Source: Rebecca billardiae RCC1528 (taxonomy: Eukaryota; Protista; Haptophyta). From it: 64,000 nucleotides of DNA. Shown piece after piece: positions 25,620 to 36,866 of this stretch. A program made the position numbers and the translations under genes. The stretch covers positions 1,736,001-1,800,000 of the forward strand of contig OZ251226.1 in the NCBI GenBank assembly GCA_965240325.2. The letters run 5' to 3'. Under the pieces are notes generated by a model, which saw nothing but the letters and a program-made list of their open reading frames with translations, did no database searches and had not been told where the DNA came from. The first letter of the stretch is position 1; each line of letters starts with the position of its first letter.

Positions 25620-26300
25620 CAGAGCAGCCACAGCGCCGCGCCCGACCACTTCGCGAGAAGGCAGAAGCCGCTCGGCGCCGCGCGCGGCGGCCGAGCAGCG
25701 GCGCCTCCGCGGCGCGCGCCGCGCCGCCGCCGCCCGCCTCAGCCAGGACCACGGCGCGCGAGCGGCTTGCGGCTTGCGGCGGCGGCGGGCAGCGGCGGCT
25801 CGGCGAGCGCGCACAGCGCTCCCTCGAGCGAGTCCATAGCCGCGCGAGCGCGCCCGCACGGCCGAGCGCCGCGGGTCGCGCTCCGCGCGCCATCGCCCAC
25901 ACGGCCGCGGCCGCGTGCGCCGCCGTCCGCCACGAGGGCGCGGTGCAGTGGTGCGAGCCACAGCGCCGCGCCCGACCACTGCGCGAGAAGCCGCTGCGCC
26001 GCGCGCGGCGGCAGCAGCGGCGCCTCCGCAGCGCGCCACGCCGCCGCCGCCGGCGCGCCTCGCCGCGGCCGCGGCGCGCGAGCGGCCTGCGGCTTGCGGC
26101 GGCGGCGGGCAGCGGCGGCTCGGCGAGCGCGCACAGCGCTCCCTCGAGCGAGTCCATAGCCGCGCGAGCGCGCCCGCACGGCCGAGCGCCGCCGCGTACG
26201 TCGGGTCACGCGCCGCGCGCCATCGCCCACGGCGGCCCGGCGGACGCCGTCACTCACGCCGGGCGCCGCCGTCCGCCACGAGGGCGCGGTGCGGTGGCGC
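25620..26300. repeat. Degenerate ~330-bp tandem duplication, probable gene remnant on the minus strand
   Basis: gccacagcgccgcgcccgaccact and gcacagcgctccctcgagcgagtccatagcc each occur twice (~25626/25957 and ~25811/26131). [17 protein letters not shown] appears twice on the minus strand. Confidence 0.75.
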
Positions 26301-26589
26301 ACGCGGCGGGCTCGGCGGGGTCGAGCGCGCAGTGCGCAATCACCTCGAGCAGCAGCTGCGCCACCTCGTACGCGCGCAGCGTCGGCGCGTCGGCGTGCGG
26401 CGCGTGGTGTGGCGCGGCACGTGACGCCTCGCACGGGGGTCCGATTTTAAAAGTGACGGTTCACGACTCGCAACTCGCGCTTATCATTATGGTTTCAGGC
26501 TGCTCACAATAATCACATCACGCGGGTGATCACTAATCACCTTTACAATTTACAGGTGATTAACAAGCCAGTTGGAGACCACGCTGATT

Positions 26590-27240
26590 GGCTTTGTGAA
26601 TCGGATCTCGATATCAAGAAGCCAGGCTTCTTGATTCTGTTCACCGATGAATTGTCCTATGACTACTCATGCTGAATATGGGCATGAGAATCTTGGGTTA
26701 AAACCGCAAAATTTGGATTTCCCCTTTCAAGCTGTCCAGGACACACTCGTTTTCAGAGAGCTGTTAATCCTCGCAGATAGAGGTACGTCGAATGCCACCC
26801 ACATTAGGCCAAGAAGAGTGAAGAAGGCCAGGGCGCGCGGGAACGTCGATTCAAGCTACCCGCGCAATACCATATCGCGTCGCTTTGATGAATCTGAGGA
26901 GTGAACAGCTATCCAGAGAATTAGTTCGATATCTCACCTTTTTAATGGTCAGTTCAACACACGAATCTTGACTATCAGAATGGTATCAGAGATGACTTCG
27001 TCCTATTTGATTCCGATTTCTTCTATTACTTACTATCCAAGGATTAAGGAGCGCAGTACAAACGCAATCATGAGCAGCGATATGGGGTCTCTATGCTGCG
27101 GTTTCACACCTAAATCCACCTACAAAAATCCCCCAAATCCTGCGCGCATCCTCTTTTTTGATTTTGCGGAGCACGTGCGCCGCCCCCCCCCGGCTTTCGC
27201 TCACGCTCAGACCTTTCGGGGGGGCCGTGCGCCATTATTT
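26590..27240 (+). repeat. Family C interspersed AT-rich repeat, copy 1 (boundaries approximate)
   Basis: 27050-27240 and 26600-26640 are homologous in reverse to 41622-41793, 46406-46430 and 46495-46540. Confidence 0.7.
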
Positions 27241-27278
27241 AACGACGTGACATGCAACGCCTGACGGGCAAGCGTCAG

Positions 27279-27378
<100 letters not shown>

Positions 27379-27994
27379 TAACGACGTGGTATGCAACGGG
27401 CAGGCGTCAGAGTCAGCAAGCTGTAGCAGCAGATCGAGCAGCAGAGAAACACCAGGATCAGCGCTCCTCGCCGTCGTCCCCCCCCCCTCATATATATATA
27501 GGCGGTACGTAAAAAATCCTGGAAACCAACGAGAACATCAAAGACCCTTTCAGTGCAAGGCACGACTTCATCACCGTAACCGTTCACGCTGGGGACCAGC
27601 CCGTCGCAGATGCACGGCATGCACGCGCCGCCGCGACTCCAGCAAACTGACAGTGACACTGCCTGAGCTGTGTGGTGTCCAGTTTAATATTGGAGACCCT
27701 GTCGTAGTACAGTACGAGTCGACGACGCTTGAAGACTATATATATATCGATGATCTGAGCTAGCTATACGACAGAGTAACAGGCTACGTGAATTAAATTA
27801 AAAGGCAGGCCGACATTCACATTACTTACACAGCACTCTTAGCAGTAGTATTACGGACACGGCTCACACGGCACCGTGCTGCTGGTCGACGACCCACGGC
27901 CAGTGCCCGACGACACTGAGCGGGGAGCATGCTCAGACGTCAGACACAACTTAGTCGTCAACTATATCCACTAGCTGCTCGCAAGTAGCTCTGA

Positions 27995-29735
27995 TCAGCC
28001 AGATTTCCTGCCTGCCAGGCACGAGTCGAACGAGCTGAGCGCGATGCCGATCGCCTGCAAGCACGAGAGCGGGTGGCACCAGTCGAGGCTGTACACGTCG
28101 CGCCGCGACTTGCCAAAGATCATCACGACCACATCGGGCCGGCGGCGGTCGATCAGCTGGAAGTTCTTCTTGGACGCGAGGTGCACGCGCCCGTAGAAGG
28201 GGAGCGTGAACGCCGACAGATCCGAGTTCCATGACGGCACGGCGTTGTGCAGCAGCTGCACGCCCGCGTCGGCGTCGAGCCGCCACTCTTTCCGGCGCGC
28301 GCGCTGCGCGAGCGTGCTGCCACGCGGCGAGGCAGGCGCCCCGGGCGTCGACGGCGGCGTCGCCGGGCTCACTGGCGCGAACACGAGCTCGGACGTGTCC
28401 GCGCTGTCCGCGCGCTCGCGGCCTGCGCCCTCGGCATCGTCCGCGGCGCCCGGCTCGGCCGGGATGGCGACGGAGATGCAGCGCGCAGCCCAGAGGGAGT
28501 GGCGCAGCGTGATGTGCGCGAGCTCGCGCCTTGCCATGTCCGCCGTACTGCACGGCGGCGGGCCCGCCGCCTCGGGCGAGTACCGCTGAGGCGCACTGCG
28601 CATGCCGCTCGGCGGCATCGGCGGCGGCAGGCCATGGTCGTACATGGTGAAGGTGGCGAAGGATGCGGTGCCGATGAGGTGGCCGACGTACTGCATGCGC
28701 GACGCGTCGTCGAGCACGGAGGCCCGCGTGGCGTTGAGCAGCGGCCCCAGCGGCTTCCCGTGCCGCCCGCCCTCGCGTTCAGCGCCGCCGGCCTCGCCGG
28801 GCGCGCGTGGCCTCGGGCAGGAGATGACAAAGCCGCGGCCGAGCAGATCGCGGTCGGCGCGCAGGATGAGCTCGTCGGTGTGCTCGACGTGCAGCGTGAA
28901 GAAGGGCGAGGCGCCGGCGGAGCGGTCGCGCGGCCGGTGCCGGCGCAGCGTCGCCAGGTGGTACCGCTCGTCCGTGCGCCACAAGTGCTCAATCTGGCTC
29001 GCGGCTCGCTGGTGCTGTCGCCGCAGCAGACTGACGCGCAAGTCGCGCCACTGCGCGGCGCCGCGCAGCCGAGCGAGCGGACAGGCGCGCGTTGGGGAAG
29101 GGGGATCGGGCGGGCGCAGGTGAGCGCGGGCGAGCGCATCGAGGGCGGGTGGACGCGCCGGGCCCACGCGAGTGCACTGGGACTCGCGCCGCAGCAGCGC
29201 TCGCGCACCCGACGGATGGGTGGCGCGGCGCCCGGCGCATTGCATCGGAGCGGGGCGAGGCGCGCACCTTCCGGCACGTCGTGCAGATCGCAGCGATGGC
29301 CGACGTGGGCAGCAGCTCAAATATCCGGCTGAGGATATCGTCGGGGAGCCGCGCCACCACAGACGCGTTCGTCCCGATGCCGCAGCGCAGCGCCTGCACG
29401 TGCTCAAACCAAGACAACAAGAGCGCGCGCGCGGCCGGCGACGGAGCGAGGTCGTCACCGTCGTCGGGGCTGCGCAGCATAAAAGCCCGGCGCGTCGTGC
29501 ACACAAACAGGGTGCCGCCGTCGGCGGAGAGCGAGACGCTCAGCGTCTCCTGCAGAGGGATCACCTCTGTCGCGTCGAGGTAGCAGCGCTCATCTCGGAA
29601 TGAGCGAATGTCCGCGTGCGTGAGCACGATCCAGCGTCGTCGGTAAACGCCGCGATGGCGCGAGCGCTTGCGAAGCCACCCCTCCACCACGATGCTGTCC
29701 GCGCAGAATGGGGATTCAGCGCGGTCGCCCAGCAT
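27995..29735 (-). CDS. PH + F-box + Tubby domain protein; intron 29051-29267; 5' end uncertain
   Basis: PH: VVEGWLRKRS...RRRWIVL. F-box: LPDDILSRIFELL...TCRK|W. Tubby C-terminus: LHNAVPSWN...FYGRVHLASKKNFQL...FGK...QAIGIALSSFD. Confidence 0.88.
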
Positions 29736-29996
29736 GCGCGCCGTGCCCACCCGCCAAGCGCGGTAGACGGCCGCCCGCTACTCACCAAGCACGGCGAATG
29801 AAGCCGGGTGGCGGGCGTATGTGGGAACATACCCGCCTGATATTCCTCAGTCGTCATCCATTTAGCTCCCAGTCTGTCGTTTGAGCCACTCGCGTCTCTC
29901 CGTCAGACAGCTCGCCTCATCACCTGTGACCGCCGTACGGCGCCACGGCTCATCGCTCAACAGGTGAACCCCTGGCGGTGTGGCCCGGCCGTGCCG

Positions 29997-30827
29997 TCAA
30001 GCAGCGGGCGATGTGCGTATTGTGCCCGGTTGCCGCTGGCCGTTGATGATTCTTCGCACTGCGTGCAGGTCGTCCGCTGTGTCTACGCCGTGTGGGACGC
30101 GATCGATCTCGCCCACGGAGATGTGCATGCCCGCGTCCAACGCCCGCAGCTGCTCCAGCGACTCCACCACCTCCAGCGGGCTCTGGGGCAGGCTCACCAT
30201 ACGCATCAGCGCAGCACGCTTGAAGCCGTAGATACCCAGGTGCAGCCGGCAGAGATGGCGCTCGCCACCCTCCACACGTGCGTGCTGCCTAGCCAGAAGG
30301 CCTCCGAGGTGCTCGCGCGAGACTCCGATGGGGGCCCGGCTGAAGTAGAGCGCACGCTGCTGCCCATCCACAACGACCTTCACCCGGCTCGGATCTGCGA
30401 GCTCGTCCGCGCCCATGGGCGAGCTCAGCGTGGAGATGTCCACACCGGCGCGGCAACGCAGCCGCTCGGCCACAGCCCGTATGGCTGCTGGAGGCAGCAA
30501 GGGCTCGTCGCCCTGGACGTTGATGATGAGCGGCGAGTCGTCAGCGAGGAGGCGGACAGCCGCGGCGACGCGGTCCGTACCCGATGGCAAGTCAGGCTCA
30601 GTCATGACGGCTGCTGCGCCGGCGGCGCTTGCGGCAGCGGCGATCCGCGCGTCATCCGTTGCCACGACGACTGCTCCCACGTCGGCCGCGAGCGCCGCGT
30701 GCACCACGCGCGCGATCATGGGCTGCCCGTGAATGTCGGCCAGCGCCTTGCCTGGCAGGCGCGTCGATCCGATCCTCGCTGGGATCACCACCAGCGCCTT
30801 GCTCGCGCGGGTGACGGCGGCCGCCAT
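29997..30827 (-). CDS. kdsB: 3-deoxy-manno-octulosonate cytidylyltransferase (CMP-KDO synthetase)
   Basis: VIPARIGSTRLPGKALADIHG.PMI, SGTDRV, INVQGDEP, ALYFSRAPI, HLGIYGF, ESLEQLRAL, GVDT. Intronless. Confidence 0.95.
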   Translation of the reverse strand: MAAAVTRASKALVVIPARIGSTRLPGKALADIHGQPMIARVVHAALAADVGAVVVATDDARIAAAASAAGAAAVMTEPDLPSGTDRVAAAVRLLADDSPLIINVQGDEPLLPPAAIRAVAERLRCRAGVDISTLSSPMGADELADPSRVKVVVDGQQRALYFSRAPIGVSREHLGGLLARQHARVEGGERHLCRLHLGIYGFKRAALMRMVSLPQSPLEVVESLEQLRALDAGMHISVGEIDRVPHGVDTADDLHAVRRIINGQRQPGTIRTSPAA

Positions 30828-30912
30828 CGATTTCGTCGTCGGCTCGTCGCCAGGAGGTCCTGGGCGCGAAGCTTCCAGAGCTTCTCGGCGGAAGCTTGAC
30901 ACCCTGCTCGCG

Positions 30913-32592
30913 ATGCGGTGCACGCCCTCGTCCGCCATCGTCACGCTGACGCTGGGCGCTCTGACCGCGTCCAGCGCGGCAGTTGCCACGTGCGCGTCGC
31001 CCACCGCTGGGCGCTCTCGCTTCGCCACCCCGCGAGCGGCCGTCTCGCTCTCCTCCACGGAGATCCCGCGCACGCCGGAGGACTTTGTGCGCGAGGCGAG
31101 CACCGTGCTCGAGGAGACGCTCGAGGTCGTGCGCGACGTGGGCCTGGAGTCGACGGTGAAGCGCACGCTGGTGGGCCAGCGTGCGTTCCTCGCGACCGCT
31201 CTCGAACTCTCGCGCGAGCTGCCGCTCCCCACGCCGCTGACTCCCGGCGCGCGAGCGGACGAGTGGCTCACGTCGTACTTCACGTCGCTGCCGTCTGAGC
31301 TCGCGCCGCGCACGCTGCGCAAGCTCTTCGAGCGGCTCGGCGCGACGTACGTGAAGCTCGGCCAGTTCATCGCGTCCTCGCCGACGCTCTTCCCCGCCGA
31401 CTACGTCCTCGAGTTCCAGAAGTGCCTCGACTCCTCGCCCACCGTGCCGTACGAGACGATCAAGCGCATCGTCGAGTCTGAGCTCAACATGCCGCTCGAG
31501 CGCGCGTTCGCGTCGTTCGAGCGGCAGCCGCTCGCCTCGGCGTCGGTGGCGCAGGTGCACGCGGCGCGGCTGCCCTCAGGCGAGGACGTCGTCGTCAAGG
31601 TGCAGAAGCCCGGCGTCGGCGACGTCCTCAAGGCCGACCTCGGCTTCATCGCGGTCGCGTCGCGCCTGCTGCAGTTTGTGGCGCCGTCGCTCGGACGGCT
31701 CTCGCTCGCAGGCATCGTGAGCGACCTGCGCACGACCATGCTGGGCGAGCTCGACTTCCGGCAGGAGGCGGAGAACCTCGAGGAGTTCTCGCGCTTCCTG
31801 CGCAGCGCGGGGCTCACCGACGTCGCCACGTGCCCGCTCCCGTACCGCGAGCTCTGCTCGCAGCGCGTACTCACCATGCAGCGACTGTACGGCGTGCCGC
31901 TCACCGATCCGGACGGGATCCGCGGGTACGCGGCCAACCCCGAGCAGACGCTGATCAACGCGCTGAACACGTGGTCGCTCTCGGTCGTCGCCGCGCCCTT
32001 CTTCCACGCCGACGTGCACGCGGGCAACCTGCTCGTCCTCACCGACGGCCGCATCGGCTTCATCGACTTTGGGATCGTCGGCCGCATCCCGCCCTCCATC
32101 TGGGATGCGGTGCAGCAGCTGGGCACCGGGCTGGTCACGGAGGACTGGGAGGCCGTGGCGGGCGCGATGGTGCAGATGGGCGCCACGAGCGGCACGGTGA
32201 ACCAGGCGCAGCTCGCGCGCGACATCGCCGAGCTCGCCTCCCGCGCACGCACGATCGACCCGCAGCTCGTCGCCACGGTCGACGCGGCGGGCGACGTGCG
32301 CGCGCAGGTGAGCGTGGACAACGAGGCCGTCACACGCCTCGCGATTGAGATCGCGGACGTGGCCGAGCGCGCCGGCGTGAAGCTGCCGCGCGAGTTCGGC
32401 CTGCTGGTGAAACAAGCGCTCTACTTCGATCGCTACACGAAGGCGCTGGCGCCCGAGCTCGATGTGCTCGCCGACGACCGCATCAGCCTCGGCGACATGG
32501 GCACTGGCAGGCGCGACGCCGACGGCCGCCCAGGCCGTGGTGGCTCCAGGAGCACACCCGCTGACGACGATGACAGCGCCATTGACATTTAG
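30913..32592 (+). CDS. ABC1/UbiB atypical kinase with a probable bipartite plastid-targeting presequence
   Basis: LGATYVKLGQF, PLASASVAQVH, VVVKVQKP, ELDFRQEA, FFHADVHAGNL, FIDFG. Hydrophobic signal peptide followed by an S/T/R-rich segment. Confidence 0.93.
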   Translation: MRCTPSSAIVTLTLGALTASSAAVATCASPTAGRSRFATPRAAVSLSSTEIPRTPEDFVREASTVLEETLEVVRDVGLESTVKRTLVGQRAFLATALELSRELPLPTPLTPGARADEWLTSYFTSLPSELAPRTLRKLFERLGATYVKLGQFIASSPTLFPADYVLEFQKCLDSSPTVPYETIKRIVESELNMPLERAFASFERQPLASASVAQVHAARLPSGEDVVVKVQKPGVGDVLKADLGFIAVASRLLQFVAPSLGRLSLAGIVSDLRTTMLGELDFRQEAENLEEFSRFLRSAGLTDVATCPLPYRELCSQRVLTMQRLYGVPLTDPDGIRGYAANPEQTLINALNTWSLSVVAAPFFHADVHAGNLLVLTDGRIGFIDFGIVGRIPPSIWDAVQQLGTGLVTEDWEAVAGAMVQMGATSGTVNQAQLARDIAELASRARTIDPQLVATVDAAGDVRAQVSVDNEAVTRLAIEIADVAERAGVKLPREFGLLVKQALYFDRYTKALAPELDVLADDRISLGDMGTGRRDADGRPGRGGSRSTPADDDDSAIDI

Positions 32593-33036
32593 TGATGATG
32601 ACTGTGGCGCAGCGCCGCCAGCCCGTCCGTGACCGCGTGGCATGCCGCGACGTGCACCCGGCGCGGTGACGAGTCACGCTCCGGACACTGGTTCGCGTCG
32701 CCCGCTACTGCCACGCACTGGCCCACTGCTCACGGTCACTCCGCGACGGGTCAGCCGTCAGCGGTCAGGCGAGTAACTACCAACTAGGTCCGAAAGCGGT
32801 CCCTCCCAGTCCCACTCCCTCCGCCCGTGCGCGGTACTGTATATGATAGCAGGCGCTACTAGCGCGCTGAGCAGTCCGACGACGACGACAAACCGGCCGT
32901 GCGCGTGTTTTGAATAGCAGTCGTCGTAGAGTTTATTATTACTTATTATGCACTGCACGACGACGAGATTGACATCATCATTCATCAAGGGTTGTCACGC
33001 TGCCGCTGCATGGCGCGCGGCCGCGCACAGCCCTCA

Positions 33037-36000
33037 TCACCGAGCAGGGTCGATTGCGTACACGACCAGCAAGACGACCACGACGACCGCGGCCACCGCG
33101 ACACTAGCGCGGAGCATGGTGTGCTGTGCGCTCGGCGAGCACGTGCACCTCATGCCCCGCACCTGGAACGAGACCTTGCGCTCTCCGCCCAGCATTGACT
33201 CCGTGTCGCCCTCTCGCTCCTTGCCCCAGCCGTCGTGCCAGCGATGGCTCTCCTCGCGTGCGCGCTGCTCGTCGCTGCTGTTCGGGAGCGGCCCGAACTC
33301 GAGGAGCAGCGGCACGAAGAGGCCGATGGCGTACACGTACGAGAAGGCGATGCTCAGGAAGATGGTCGCGCCAAATGCTTGGCTGCGGCCGCGCGGGCGG
33401 ATGGCGGGGCGCAAGCGACGACGGTCAGCGCCGCGCGTGCGCGCACGCGCGCCGGCGCTGCGGCGCGCGCGCGGCCGCACCTCATCTTGATGTACGCGGC
33501 GAAGAGCATGGAGGACGCGAGGAGCGTCGTGATTGCCCCGGACGAGATGGAGATGCCGATGATCCCGAGCGACTCCTGCGGCGGGTGCGGAGGCGGGTGC
33601 GCACGCAGGCAGGTACAGCGGGCGGCGGCGGCGAGCGGTCGGCATGTGCGGCGCGCGCGCGCGCGGCCGCTGCGGCGCGCGCGGCGCACCTGCACGCGCT
33701 CAAAGCGCGTGGTGTGGTCAGAGTGCTGGTACAGGTGTGCGATGTGCAGCGTGTAGTCCACCGCCAGCCCCGAGACGATCGCCAGGTTGACCGACTCCAT
33801 GAAGCCGAGCGAGCGGCCCATCAGCACATACGCGGCCACGAGCGTGATGACGATGCAGGTGATCGTGAGGGTGGCGAACGCAGTGAGCCGCCACTGCTGC
33901 GTAGCGACGAGCATGCACGCCGTGGCAAAGGCGAGCGAGCAGAGCATGCCGTACAGCGCCGTCTTCGCGAGCGACTGTAGCGTGACCATCTGCTTCCACG
34001 CGTCCGACGACTGCACGACAGCCGCGGTGAAGTTGCCCGCCGCGTTGATGCCGTCCGCGACCTCCTCCCAGAACTCAAAGTGCTGCTCGACGATGGCGCC
34101 GTGCTGCGTGGGGAGCAGCGAGGAGACGATGGGCACGTCGACCCACGACACGCTCAGCCCGTCGTCGTCGAACCCCACCCACCGCTTGAACGGGTACCCC
34201 TCGGGCGTCGCGAGGTACGCGGCGAAGCGGTCGTAGAAGAGCGAGCGCGAGCGGATTGGGAACGACTGGTTGCGGAAAAGGCGGTAGTCTCGGAAGAGCG
34301 TGACGGCGCACTCGGCGCCGCCGTTCTCGGTGTACTGCACGAGCGGCGGCTGCTTGAGCGCGTCGCAGAACGCCGCGAGCGCCGCCTGATCGCGCCACAG
34401 GTCGAAGCGGTGGTCGAGCAGCACCGCGCCGTGGTCCTCGGGGTCGCTGGCGTCCATGCGCATTCGGTCGATCCCGACGACGCCCCACAGAAAGTGCACG
34501 CGCGTCGCCGAGATGCCCGCCGTCATGGGGAAGTCGTTGTTCCAGGTCTTGAACTTGACCAGGTTCGAGTCGGCCGGCAGCATCTCCGACGCCGTGTCCT
34601 CCAGCTTGAACCGCGCGCCGATGAACGCGCACAGCACCACGATCAGCGTGAAGAGCAGCAGCAACAGCCGGCGGTGACGATCGGCGAACGGCACGTACAC
34701 GTCGTGGAAGAATGCCTCCATCGGCCTCCTGCGGGGGGCGGGGCTCTGCGCGGCGGCGGCGGCGTCGAGCGCGTCGCTGCCCGCCTCGTCCCCCGTCGTG
34801 CTCGACGGCGCCGAGTGGAACTCGTTGAACGACGGCGGCGCCGCCGTGCCCGCGATGATGGTCGGGCTGCCCGCGCTCGTCGGCCGCCGGCCCGGCCACC
34901 CAAACTTGCAGCCGGCGATCGCGCGCAGCGGCGAGGACTTAGCGTGGAGCACGAGCGGCGCGGGCTTGGGCGCGGGGTGCGAGGCGGGTCGGCCCGGGTG
35001 CACGTGCGCGTGCCCGTTGCCGCCGACCGCCCCCTCGCGTGCGCGCGCCGCGCCGCCGCCGCCGCCGCCGCCGAGCGGCCACACTCGCGCGCAGCACGGT
35101 CGCACGTGCCGGTCCCACGCGCACACGCACGCAAGGAAGAAGGTGCAGACCAGGACGAAGTTGGTGCCGACGACGAGCGCGGCGAAGAGGCCGAAGAGGC
35201 GGATCACCGGGATCAGCGAGAGCGCGCTCGTCATGAACGCCGAGATCGTCGTGATCGACGTGAGCGCCATCGCGGGCGCGGCGAACTGCAGCACAAACGC
35301 GGCGCGCTCGGCGAGGCCGGCGCCCGCGCCGAGCCCGCCGGCGGTCGGGCCGGACTGCGAGCGCTTCCACGCGTCGACGATGATGAAGACGTTGTCCGCG
35401 CCGATGCCGAGCACGACGAACATCGCCATCACCGTCAGCCCGTTCACGCGGAACCCGAAGCACGTGCGGTACACGAAGTACGAGAACGGAAATGCCAGGC
35501 CGAGGTTGGTGATGCCGGCGAGCGCGAGCGCGAGCGAGCCCGTGTGGAACCAAAAGTAGGCGAGGAGGAGGGTCATCGAGCCGGTGGTCATCATCGCGTC
35601 GCGCGTCATGTAGATGTTCAGCTCGTACCGCCACACCTCGTCCCCGGAGAACGCGATGCGCACCGGCTCGGACTCGTTGTGAAGGATCGGCCACAGCAGA
35701 TCCCCCGCCAGACGCGCGAGGAACTCGTACCGGATGTGCCGCTGCTCGGCCTTGCGGTCCTGCAGGTTGCGGTAGCCCTCGAGCGGGCCGCCGAGCGAGA
35801 AGACCGAGCGGACCATCGAGCACGTGTGCGGCGGCTCGACGCACGCCTGGCTCGTCGGCAGCAGCTGCAGCAGCCAGTCGGCCGCGGCCGTCGCGTTGAA
35901 AGTCGCCTCGGCCGGCCGCTCGACGAGCGCGCCCTGCCGGTCGGGCACGGTGATCACGGTGGAGCCGCCGAGCGAGCGCTTCGACGGATATAGGAAGTCG

Positions 36001-36434
36001 AGCACCGAGCCGGGCATCTCGCACGCGCCCGGGTTGTCCGCGCCGTGGTGGCAGAGCGACGTGAAGCCGTCGAGCGCGAGCACGGCGTCCTCGATCTGCT
36101 TCACGCGCGCGATCGTGTCGGGAGTGAGGAGCTGTCCGTCGTCGCGCGCGCGGAAGATGATCATGAAGCGGCCAAAGTTGTACGCCTGCTGGTCCTGCTC
36201 CTCGTCCGACAGCTGCGCCATCCCGTGGTACGCCTGGAGACGCGCGTCCTCGCGCGCCGCGAGCTCCGAGCTCGACGGAGAGAAGTCGGGCGTGAACATC
36301 TCGAAGGGCGCGAGTCTGAGCGAGAGTAGCATGAGACCGACGCTTAGACCCGCTGTGAGCACAATCCACAGCCCATAGAACCGGCCGATCGACTCGCCCA
36401 CCGCCCTGAGAGCCGGCGAGCGCGTCGCGCCCAT
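33037..36434 (-). CDS. Patched/Dispatched-family (sterol-sensing domain, RND) membrane protein; introns 33576-33689 and 33383-33480
   Basis: Two transmembrane clusters with VLGIGADNVF and TSITTISAF, then GLAVDYTLHI and SGAITT. Large luminal loops. Confidence 0.9.
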
Positions 36435-36866
36435 GATTGTGGTCCCGTCCCAACCCCCGGATGCGCTGAGCGGACGAAATCTGATGCGAGATTCATCCCG
36501 AGCGGCGCCATTTTCGCGGCAGCAGCCGATTTTTGAGACCAGCTTTCAATTTTCGTCGCTATTTTTCTGCGCAGCAGAAAATCGGTTCGATCTCTTGACT
36601 CTTTCAGCGCGCGATGGGCGATGGCGTGCTCATGTCCATGAACGCGACTGCGTGCCACACAAAGAGTGGCCGCGCAGAGCCGTTCAAGTGTCTACTCCTG
36701 AGTGCGTCGCACGGCGCCATGATTGTGGGCCCGCGCGGTCGCGCAGCTCGATCCCCGTCGTCTAAGCGGCAGCCATGAAGCAGTCTAATGTGACCGAAGC
36801 CATGTCACGCAGACCTAGCAGTGCAGAACGAACGGGCCCATGGCCTCAGCGTGGCTGGCATGGCCG

